NCBI GenBank assembly: GCA_002633005.1
Contig: NMRA01000015.1
Coordinates: 1,409,439-1,473,438 of the forward strand
Direction of reading: 5' to 3'
Origin: Phoronis australis
Lineage: Eukaryota > Animalia > Phoronida
Length of the DNA: 64,000 bases
Made by a program: the position numbers and the translations under genes. Positions 51,043-62,060 of the stretch are shown here, piece after piece (position 1 is the first letter of the stretch; the number at the start of each line of letters is the position of its first letter). Below the pieces are notes generated by a model. The model was not told where the DNA came from. It ran no database searches and was given only the letters and a program-made list of their open reading frames with translations.

Positions 51043-54000
51043 ACACGTAAAATTAACAATTAGATCTGTTGTATCTGACCCTGTATCTAAATGTGCAAAG
51101 AAGGATTTGTGCCAGCATTCTTGCTAAATCTCGCAATTAGCTCTCATTACCTTATACATGTAAAACATGGTGCACAGTCTTATAACATTAATCTAGACTT
51201 AACTGTTTTCCACAGAGACATAATCCTGCACAATTGAGCAAACCACCTGATGCCTCAAAAAATACACTTGCAAATTATATGAAGATTTCTTTCTATTAAT
51301 TAAATCTACTGTAAAATCTCACTATTACAGATACAATAAGGTTAAGAAGAGAAATTTTATTCCTTCGTGTTTTTATTTATGACTAATTAGTAACAAAATA
51401 AAGGTTTAATCAGCCTTTAAGCTCTATACCCAAGCTGTCATAGAACAATGATCTGAGAAACTGTGGCATTCACAACAATATTAGTAGACTATGAAAAATG
51501 AAACACCACCAATTGTTTTTATCTGAAATTAGTGAGAATTAATATAATCTTTTGAATATGTTATTTTTGTCTGTTCAACACAAAACAGGGATTACATAAA
51601 AATGCAAAACAACCCCTTCCCCCTTTTCAGGCAAAACACAAATAGAGACTTACTACAAGAGGCTGTTGCTTCTACTCCATGTGAATTGACTCTTGGTTAT
51701 GATGTGACAGCCTACAGGATGATAGGAATGACCTCACCAGTTTATCATAAAACAAAATGCAGGGAGAAGGACAATAAACAATGTTATCAAGAGCACCACA
51801 CAGGATATGAAGTGAATGAGTTATGAGGTCAAGAGGCCCCACTAACAACCTGGTCTGGATCCAGTATGAACAATGGTCCAAGTGCAAGACACTTGGGGAA
51901 GGGGGACCAAGTAAGCGCAATTGTTTTTGTGTGTCCTAGTGCTTTGGGGGATGGCGATCATTGATTACACGGACACAATCTTGTACGGGAGGATACTACC
52001 GTATGTGAAGGACGGTACTGGTGCTATGTAATGGGGAGGGAGTCAGAAGATATCCTGACTGCGAGCTTGAGGATCCCGCATTAACAAAGGTCATGGTGCA
52101 AAATACTGAGAGATGGGGGCACATTGAGCAAATGGGCACCATCTTAATTCTTGCGCTTGTTCCATGAACAAGGGTCTTGGTGCTATATATGCTATACCTA
52201 TATTCATGGGGGCCATTGTAAGAAGTGCACCATCTTATTCTTGTCATCCCTACATAAACAATGGTCCTGGTGCTACTACATATACTTGGGGTTGGGCCGG
52301 GGACTACTGGTCTGAGGTGGACCCTACTGCGTTTTGGCTGATCTTGTCATATCAATGGTACTAATCATACATATATTAGAGCAAGATCAAGGTTTAGTCA
52401 TGCGGGAGTTGACAGAATTGTTACCTGAAAATTATGCCACAAACTAAATGGAACGAAGCATTCACCATGAATCTGCATGAATATATGTCACAGATGTAAG
52501 TCAAATTACAAAACTGAAATTCTCAAGACCGTAAGCTAAAAACCTTATGGTGTGTATGTCAAATATTAGAAAAGGTTGAGGCACGATGTCGGAGGCATAT
52601 GGCATACTTCACATAATTCAGTTGGTACACCAAATCTAAGAGAAAAACAGCAGATGTAATAGAAATTCTTGTTTTAAGTAAATAATACCTGATGCCCAAA
52701 TCAAGCACCTACAGCATATTCTCTAAGGTCTAAAGAAAAAAAAACATACTCACAAAAATCCAGATGCAACGCCAACGCCTGGCAAATCTTTAGAAACAAC
52801 AAAGGTACCATTGGAATAGTGCTTGCCTATAGTGTACCCCCCATCAACATCTTAACATTCACTGACTTATGTGAAACAAGCCTGTCCACAGACTGGTGAT
52901 AAACAGTTATTTAAGACTGGCCAACATTACTCAAAACAAACCACAGAAAGGGGAAAATGTCACCACAGATCCAGCTGAGAAAATGGCAGGTTGACTGAGA
53001 GCACTCTAGGGTGGGAAAAGGTTATCTTTGCATCACACAAGGTCTAGCCACAAATGAAGTTCTGTGCAAAAACTTATCCTTAGTGGCAATGTCACTGGCA
53101 CTAAATCATCCATGTCGTCTTGAAAAAATGAAAGACTGTTGTCCAAATCATAAGTTGCCTGAAGGTATCATTGTTATTCTAATCAAAACAATTACTGACA
53201 AAATACACAGATGCGCACGCCACCTGGTGTCACAGGCTAAAAGTAATCACCAGGCAATAGCCTGGGTTACTTAGCAACATTATTGCTCAGAATTTATTAT
53301 CTGATTAGAAATAAGATAATAAGTACTTTGTGTTAACCCATTCTACAAGCAAAAGAGAAAACCAATGAGTCACGCTTACTTTGTCTTAATTATCATCAAG
53401 GCTTGGATAATCCATGTAATTACCCCCATTGTGTTAACAGTTAGCTAATGTGCAGCTTACAATTCACTTTCACATGGAATGGCAAATCACTTAGTGTTTG
53501 CGGCAAAAACTATAAGTGGATTTAGTACACTCTGATGTACTTAAAACAAAAATAGTGTATTTTGTATTAAATTAACAGGTGTCGTAGTTTAGACTCCACG
53601 ACTGCCCTTAAGAAAGTCACATTTCCTTGTTTCAGTTTTAATAATTAAATGCAACCCTTGCATAATGCCGACATCACTGTCTTGGTTGAAAGGCAGACAC
53701 AACATCATGTAGGCTTCTAGGAATGGTTTGGTTTATAGGCAATAAACTGACACTGAAATGAAGATGTCCTGTTCAAACTATACACTCACAGGCTGACCAG
53801 GAGCACAGACAGAGGAAGCAAGATTGCAAGATCCCATCATGTACGATGGTCACAGTCACTTCCTGCAATACCACAATGCACTCTGATTCTGCAATATACC
53901 CACAATGTTACACATCCAATACGGCAAGTGTCCCATAGCTGTAAACTGTTGTCATGCTAATCACAACTGTAAATTAAACTTTGTTTTTATTTGTTGTTTT

Positions 54001-54205
54001 GAAATGAATGTTTCACTGTAGCCCAGTGAGTAGCAATTCAGACATAAAAATTAATTATGACGACTAAGTCAATCACACGTCAAGGAGTTTTTCTATCTGT
54101 GAAAATGTAGAGCGGTGATTTTGGAAGTGGGAATTGAGCCCAGTGCATCACGGTGATTATGTGGCACGAAGCTGCATACTATCAAACAACCCATTCTCTC
54201 TGGAC

Positions 54206-54296
54206 ATGCACACACACATGCACGAACACACACACACACACAATCGCGCACATATCTACACACAGGTGTGTGCACGTGTACACACACATGTATTCA
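54206..54296. repeat. Degenerate (CA)n microsatellite
   Basis: Interrupted CACACA runs. Confidence 0.85.
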
Positions 54297-54414
54297 CCAC
54301 TAATCAAATGCTTACAGGCAACGTCAGTCCGGGAGTTCTGCGCCTTCTGCTGTCACGGGGATGGTCTGGGGAGGGGATTAATGCACCAGCATATCCCCAA
54401 TGATCCTGTCCGTG

Positions 54415-54449
54415 ACAGGTATTACAGGTATTACAGGTATTACAGGTAT
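54415..54449. repeat. 9-bp tandem repeat (ACAGGTATT), about 4 copies
   Basis: Direct reading. Confidence 0.9.
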
Positions 54450-54543
54450 CACCATTGAGAGACACCTCACAAAAAATTGTCCATGGATTCACACATATTG
54501 AAAATAATTCTAAAAGGTGATGTTGTTTATCAACTACATCTGT

Positions 54544-55730
54544 AACAAGAGCAACGTGGAGCGTTGAAATGTGCCCACGAATGCATCGTAAATGGTGTGC
54601 TTTTAGGGTTGTTTATTTGTGTCATAAAAATGGCCACTAGATGGCGCAAAAACATACAATCCATTCGAAAATGGGAACATGTCATTGCTTCTTCAACAGA
54701 AAGCTATACACCAAATTTCATAGAAATCCGTCATGGAACTTCAGAGAAACAAAGGAAAACAGAATAAAATGAAATTGCCACTAGGAGGCACACTGTTCAT
54801 TGGATTCGCCTGAAAGTAGTCATTGTCTGTTGCTAGCTTCATACAAATATATAATTACTAATTAAATTTAATAAAGATCCTGCAGTGGGTTTAGGAGATA
54901 CAGCTATGGGCGCAAAACAAAACAAACCAAAACTACCACTAGGATGCACCACAGTAGTCAAAGTTGTCATTGCCAACCGTCCTCTTCACACTGAAAACAT
55001 ATACACAAATTTTCAAAACCATCCTTAGAATGATTTGGTTGATAGAGGGGTAGAACAGTAAAAATGGTCAATAGGTGGCGCAAAATACCTTGATTCCATC
55101 CGAAAAAGGGAGGATAGAGTCATCTCACCAATAGATGCCCGTATTCAAAATTTTATGAAAATCCGCTGAGGACCTTTCAAGATACAGAAGTAAACATAAA
55201 ACTAAAATTGCCACCAGGGGGCACACCAGTAGTCAGAACCATCTGAAAATTTAGCAAAGATCGAGCAAACAGTTTAAGAGATATAGCCATAGACGCAAAA
55301 AAAACTGCCACTAAGAGGCGCCACAGTAGTCAAAATCCTCGGAAAATCATCATCAACTGTCCTCTTCATAGTAAGAACATACAAGTCAATATTCACAATC
55401 ATGCTTAGAGCAGTTTGGTTGATAGAGGGGTGGACGCTAAAAAAAGACTCGAAAACAGTAATAATGGCCACTAGGAGGCACAAACTATGTCGAATCCATC
55501 CAAAAACGGAAGGATACCATCATCTCACTAATAGATACCTATATAACAAATTTTGTGAAAATATGTTGTGGACCTTTGAAGATACAGAGGTAAACGTAAA
55601 AAACTAAACATGAACATATGTCAATCGATTTTGGAGATAGAGCAGCGGACGCCGGACCGGACCCCGCCCAGACGAATGGAAGGACAGACAGACGAAGATG
55701 ACAGCATATAAATCTGTGGGCGCATAACAA
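54544..55730 (+). mobile_element. Helentron-associated (HINE/DINE-1-like) non-autonomous element with internal tandem units of about 100-160 bp
   Basis: Starts AACAAGAGC, has an internal degenerate array, then a GGAC/AGAC microsatellite and a short ...ATAACAA end. This layout is known for HINE/DINE-type elements. Relatives occur at about 57.5 kb and 60.4 kb. Confidence 0.7.
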
Positions 55731-55898
55731 TTACATAATCGGTGAATCAATAAGCGCAACAATCAACACTTCACCATGTTATATTCACTGCACACAATGC
55801 TGGGTCTAACAAATCAAGACACATGGCATGTAGGCATTCATCAGTCATCAAACATGCATGAGGGTGTCCATGTATGCAGATTAACACAAGGGACTCAC

Positions 55899-55951
55899 CA
55901 TCTGTCCTGTAGTTCTGGGCTTGGGCCTGACATTGGGCACGCTCTCTCCAG
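55899..55951 (-). CDS. NAV2: Neuron navigator exon, CH domain ((T)GESVPNVRPKPRTTGQM)
   Basis: TGTGTTTCAG acceptor, 53 nt, ATG|GTGAGT donor, phase 1 to 0. It exactly bridges the flanking CH exons and parallels the NAV ...PK..QM segment. Confidence 0.88.
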
Positions 55952-57519
55952 CTGAAACACAATCATATACTTGACTTGACAAGGTGAGGGACAACAGTCT
56001 AACTGGTAGTTCAAATTATGAGCATGGGGAGTTCTTATTCACGTACCAGAGGGGTGGTGGTGCACACTTTCAAAATCTCCACCGCATCAATGCAACTGAG
56101 ATAATTTGGGGGGGAGGTAAATGCATAATACTAAATGAGATAAAAACCAAATGTTTTGTGATTTTTATGTTCTATAACTTAGTGAACATCACACAAAACA
56201 TGTAGGTGCTCACAACATTAGAAACTTTAGAAAAATGAAAAAAGATTAATTCTGTTAATTGATAAGCCTTTACTGTATCCATGTGATGCCTAAGATTGCA
56301 CTTGGGGAGGCTTTATGAGGGGCTGATAGGGGGCGTGCCACAAACTCAGACACGTATTGCCCTCAGGTAGTATCATTACCTCTGGTGGCTAACTTTCAAA
56401 ACAAATTAGAAGTCCCAGCATGTTTTGACAGGAAATTGAACATTTTATAGATGGCACATATTCATGAAGCAGCAGTGGTAGGCCCATACAGCGCCCTCTT
56501 TGGAAAAGACTGTTTTGGTTCATGCTTTGGTAAAAAAACCGGTGCTTTGTTTTTCAATACAAGTTGAGTATTTAACTTCACATCATATACACATGGCTCA
56601 AGTGGCTTCATTGATTGCTTCACTGCTGCTTGTTTGATGTTGGATTCTAGTATAACTTGATGTTAACATTTTCCATTTGAGAGTAAACTAGCAGCAGAAA
56701 ACTTGGTGACAAGGCAACTGAAAAACACCCTCCTTGGACATAAAACACAAACTAAATTATTTTCCTAATGGCATCAAGCACATCACCAGAAGCACTAAGT
56801 TATCATAATATAGTATGAATAGATGACACAGTTGACACATCACTTTACCCAGAGGGACTATAATCCACGCTTACTCATAAAATGGATGAGTGCTGGGTAA
56901 TGGCATCTTCTCTCACTACTGTCATGCACTGTTAGCTCCGTCAGCAATCAAAACGAGATGAAATGGAGTAATGCCAAAACAACAGGAGCAACGAGGAGCA
57001 TTGATATACACCCACCATGTGCATGGCACACAATGCAGATACAAGAGATGATCACTACTTTAACATTAACACTAAATGGAGACATGACAGTAAACTTAAT
57101 AATAGTGTCTAAGGGGTGCAAAGCAAGTCAGAAATGCCCTCCTCATTAGGAACACACCTACCAACCTTCCACCGTGACTCTTAAACGAGTTAAAGGATAG
57201 AGAGGCAGAAATAAAAACAAAAGAAAGGTCACTAAGGGTCACAGCGTAGGGTCAAATCCATCTGAAGCAGGGCAGGTGCTGTTCTTTACGCAACAGTAAC
57301 TTATTTTCCATATGTCATGAACATCCATAATGCAAATGCAAAGAAAAACACAAGTGCCACTCATTCACAACAAAGACATCGATTTGTTAGTTGTACTTTT
57401 CTTAACTGAAACACCTTCCAAATTTCATGATGGTCCATGAAGGAATGTGTGTTGAGAAACAGGGCCCCACAGCTGTTAGACAGGTTTCAAAATCATCGCC
57501 ACGCACTTCCCAGTAGAAA

Positions 57520-57920
57520 CACATTTTACATTACAGAGTGGTTTGGCAGAAAGATAGATGCCAAAAACCAGATTCAAAAATAATAAAAAGACCCACTAGG
57601 TGGGATACGTCAAATCTATCTGAAAATGGGAAGGTGTCATTCCTTTGTAATAAAAAACCTATTTGCCAAAATTCACGAAAATCTGTCAAGGAATTCCGAA
57701 GATATAGTGGAAAACAGAAAAAAACTAAAGTTGCCACTTTTTAGTGGGCACAACAGACGCACATTGGTAAGTAATCTGTTAGAAAATTTGCCCATGCCAT
57801 CCCATCCATGATACCGTAAGAATGTGTCAGCAAAATCTCACTTCACTAACATCTACATCCATCAAGGGAGATATAGAGGCGGACACTTAGGGGCGGTCGG
57901 ACAGATTGAGATGAAAGCAC
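57520..57920 (+). mobile_element. Degenerate relative of the HINE-like element (boundaries approximate)
   Basis: Shares AAAATTCACGAAAATCTGTCAAGGAATTCCGAAGATATAG-type units, CCACTAGGTGG and a GGACAGA tail. Confidence 0.55.
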
Positions 57921-58726
57921 AATGACACATGAAACAGTGAAAAAGTTGAAGGAAACATCCCGTAACAAGTATTGCTTAAATAATCTATGTACCAAATCTT
58001 CATCAGCGATTTTTTTTTAATTCTCTTTTTTAAATAACACCCAAAACTCTCCAATAACCACTTGGTGAAATATGACACCTTCCGTCCATTCTGTGTTATT
58101 TTACCCAAACTACTATACATCCCACCGCTGCCAGTGAGTTGCAATATTGAATTAAATAAATTAAAAGATGAGTGATTAAGTTATTGTCCCTACCTTAAGG
58201 AAATACCATTAACAATATGTTTTCTACCTCCATAAAAGAGAATAGAATTAGGGTCTTGGGAATTTACACCGTGACTGATTGTTTACTGAAGAAAATTGAA
58301 ATTGATTAATGACTGAATCGAGTTCAACCAATGCAAGATCTTGCAAGATTCAACGAGACGTCGCTTTGTATTTTCAATCAGAGCACGTGATTTTGGCTAG
58401 ATTTTTTCGGCGTGAGATAGCTATTGAACCCTATCCTGGTAGAATACATAAAATCAGTGAAGCAAGTCTTCTACCCTCACCAACTACAGGGGTCAGTCCT
58501 TGCTTAAGGATAACAACAGATGCTTATATCCAATAGGTAGCGCATTTAAAACATGGGTCCCCTTTTTAACACCTGCGAAGATTGAAAGTAGAAACCAACA
58601 GGCACTAGACAGCCCCCAGTCCCCGGTGCATCCTGTTGGTGTGGCTGGCAGATGGATGATCTCCTTATAACCCTCTGTATGTTTCCATTTTACCTCAAGC
58701 TCTGTAGGAAAATGTGTTTTACTTAC

Positions 58727-58844
58727 TGACAGCATGTATGATATCAGCCAACAACACTCCATCGGTAACATCATGTTGGATGTCTGTGACCAGTCTTTTG
58801 TAATGAGCCTTCTCCAGGTAGTGGTTGGCCCAGTCTGTATAGAT
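58727..58844 (-). CDS. NAV2: Neuron navigator exon, start of CH domain (IYTDWANHYLEKAHYKRLVTDIQHDVTDGVLLADIIHAV)
   Basis: TTGCAG acceptor, 118 nt, A|GTAAGT donor. The peptide matches the recalled NAV CH-domain start IYTDWANHYL...DGVLLA. Confidence 0.95.
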
Positions 58845-58910
58845 CTGCAACAACACAATATGGCGTTACTCTGACACTAACGCAGGACAAATGTGTCACT
58901 CTAGTTCTCC

Positions 58911-58980
58911 TTGTAATGGGCCTTCTCCAGGTAGTAGTTAACCCAGTCTGTATAGATCTCTCAGTCAACACAAAACAGTG
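58911..58980 (-). pseudogene. Partial tandem copy of the first CH exon 5' end (IYTDWVNYYLEKAHYKEN*)
   Basis: 58911..58959 matches 58798..58846 at offset 113 with 4 substitutions; weaker similarity continues into the intron flank. Confidence 0.85.
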
Positions 58981-59654
58981 TTACAAATTAAGACAAGTCA
59001 TCAAGTCAAAGTAGGACTCAAAACCAGCCTTCTGTGGTGTCTTTACACACACACCTAACAGGCAACTTGTGCTTGATGATCAGTAGCTCAAGTCCAACCG
59101 ACTGTCTAAACAGGATCTTTTCTGAACAACTCCACAGCCATCAGACCAATTACTTCGGCCATTTCACATGGCGTAAACTGTGTAAGTTGACACACTACAC
59201 ATTCACTAGGGAGTGTGAATTAATTGTCATGCATTTTCGAGCCACTACAAGTTGCACCTCACCATCTAGTGTTGTATCTGGTGCCTCAATATTCACCAGT
59301 TACAGCTATATACAAAATGTTGTTGATCAAATGCTTTTCCAGCTGCCCTTTCATACTAATTTCGACGTGTCAATGTTTTTGGGAGTTGCAGTCAGTACGA
59401 ACTGTTAACTTATTGAGTAACTATCGTACTATACGTTAGCATGCTTAACTAGAGCATGCAAATACCACTTTGCATTATTTTAAGACCCATTCCATACGGC
59501 AGATTAAAAATCAGCTTTTGAAGATAAAATAACACCCAATAACACTGTAACTGTTTAGAGGATACACAAATCAACCAACGAAAACAATTTTCAGGTTCAT
59601 AAAACAATTGACAAAATTTTCATCGTTTTTGCAAAATAATCCTGAGGTACTTAC

Positions 59655-59684
59655 ATTAGCTCTAAACTGAAATCGCTCCCACAT
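59655..59684 (-). CDS. Candidate first coding exon of neuron navigator (MWERFQFRAN)
   Basis: Minus strand reads GTC ATG TGG GAG CGA TTT CAG TTT AGA GCT AAT|GTAAGT. The phase-0 consensus donor is compatible with the phase-0 acceptor at 58844. No homology support for this peptide. Confidence 0.4.
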
Positions 59685-60352
59685 GACTATAAGTGGCAGT
59701 GAACAACACACAGCACGGAACAACACTCCAGCAAATGTCTCCAATCAACTGCCTCCAGTTCAGCAGATCATCTTGCATAAAAATGCAGTAAATAAAAACC
59801 CGAGAATCTAAATCAATAATTGATGGATGTCGATAATAAGCAGGACAGCTAGAACAATCCCGTGGCCTTCCGTGGATTAATTAGTCCTTTAGAGAGTGTA
59901 TGTAAGTTTAATGAGTCTTCCCATCTGTTTGCACAACAATACGGCAATTATACGCGTTGACAAACTGCAAACCACTATTATTGTGTGATGGAATGACCAT
60001 TGGTGTTCCTAATTTCCTAATTATCATTATAGGCGGACTTAATGAAGACAGGCAAAAGCTTATTACTCTTACAACCTATAACAGGAAAGCATGGGAAATT
60101 GCCTCCATTCTGGGAGAAAAAATAATGACTCACATAGCATTTAATCTTCTTGACATATTGTATCAAGTAGAAACAAGAGATGATTTATTCATATGTAAAT
60201 GCTTGTTTGAATGAGTTGTTTTAGAAAGGAATTTTACCTAGTCTTGTTGACATTATGATTAATAGCACACTCTATATAATTCATCCATTAAAAACTACAA
60301 TGTATATCCACCAAGAAGATATAATGTTTAATAATACACAGTATATGACAAT

Positions 60353-60911
60353 AGCAATAGAGCATTGAAATGTGCCCACGACTGTATTGCAAACGCTATG
60401 CTTCTAGGGGCGTTTACTAGTAATATAAAAATGGCCATTAGATGGTGCAGAATATGACAAACGCATCCCAAAATGGGAAGGTGTTGTCGTCTCACAAAGT
60501 AGTGAAACCTGTTCAAAAATCAGTCACAGTCTTCTCATCAGAAACACATCTACCAATTTTCACAATCTGATCATTTGAGTGGTTTGGCAAACGCCACTCG
60601 GTGTCATATATGTTAAATCTGTCCAAAGATGGGAAAGAGTTGTGGTGTCGTTAATAAAAATCTATTTTCCGTATTTCATGAAAATCCATCAAGGAACTGA
60701 AGATACAGAGGCAAATGTAAAGATCTAAAATTATCCCTACAGGAACACCGGTAAGTCAGATGGATTCGAAATTTGTTGTCATTTGCCATCAGCTTCACAA
60801 GAATGTATCTGTCACATCTCATTAAAATCCTGCAAGGGGTTTAGGAGATACAGCAGTGGACATTGACTCTAGCAATACGCACCCACCCCTGTATGTGAAC
60901 GTACACAAAAA
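60353..60911 (+). mobile_element. Second copy of the HINE-like family
   Basis: TTGAAATGTGCCCACGA...ATAAAAATGGCCATTAGATGG matches 54564-54645; also GGGTTTAGGAGATACAGC-like block. Confidence 0.7.
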
Positions 60912-61928
60912 TGGAGCTCAGAGCAAGAGACTATAAAACAGCAGCTTTAGACTATTAATGGGATGACAGATCTGTGTACTCATGGTTACCAAATTATGTG
61001 GACTCTTTCATCTTTATCAATTTGCAGTAAAACTTAACAATACTCACTGTAAATAATTATAAAACTATGACAAGAATGAAAACAGCAACATTTTATATTT
61101 ACATTGACACATGTGTTACATACATACAAATAACAGAAAGAAAACAAAACAACATCAAAAAACCTTCTGCTAATATGGTAAGAAGTACTGTTTAAGGTTG
61201 TAAGCTAGGCTTGTGCAGGTTGGCAAATAATGGGTGAAAGAGACTTAATCGAGGACACTGATTGGTTGACAAGGATGTACAAAGAGGAGGTAATCATATG
61301 CACAAGACAAATAGCATGTAAAGACTGTGTATGCATGTAAGCATAGGAGTGTAGATGCAGCAAGTGGCGCCTACATCAGGAGAGTTAACAGATACAGGTT
61401 AATGCACATCACTAGTCAACATTACCAGACTAATCAACTAAAGGACAAATGGGATTACTGACCCTGATGACCACATCAAAGGAATGGTCAGCAAATAAAC
61501 ATGGTGGAAATCAGCAGGGCTAACATAGGTTAACCATTGGCTGACCAAGCTGGTTTTTCTAATAATTCATTTGGTTAAGACTTGGACCACAATGTGTTCA
61601 AACTATAAGATGAAACTGGGAGAACCAACCAGTAACATATCAAACCTTAGTGGATCAATTACTGGAGACAAAACCATGCAATGGCAAACAAGGAATCAGT
61701 AACAACAGAGACAGGTTGCATAACAGTTACCATGAATAGGTAACTGACCACTAACTGACCACATGAAACAGGTAATGGACAAACCAGTTTAACATTTGAA
61801 ACCTACCTAAAAACACAAGCGCTTTATTCCCCTCCTTAACTTTTGCAAATTCCCAAAACTCCAGCACTGTCAACTGAGCAACGACAATGGATGTAATTTT
61901 CAGGCCATATGTCAAGGTACCTAAACTA

Positions 61929-62060
61929 CACGGTCAACGGACTCATAAACACGGGCACGGACGCATGAACACGACTCACGGACCTGAAAACGCCGTCCAC
62001 TGACTCACAAACACGGGAACGGACTCACAAAACACGATCCACGCACNCCCCCCCCCCCCC
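61929..62060. repeat. GC/CpG-rich degenerate short tandem repeat (ACGGACTCAC...) ending at an N and a poly-C run
   Basis: Recurrent ACGGACTCA/AAACACGGG; n at 62047. Confidence 0.75.

Noticed and set aside
51840-52365. GC-richer stretch with short ORFs, possible retroelement or nested gene
   Set aside because: No recognisable domain, LTR, poly-A tail or consistent splice structure.
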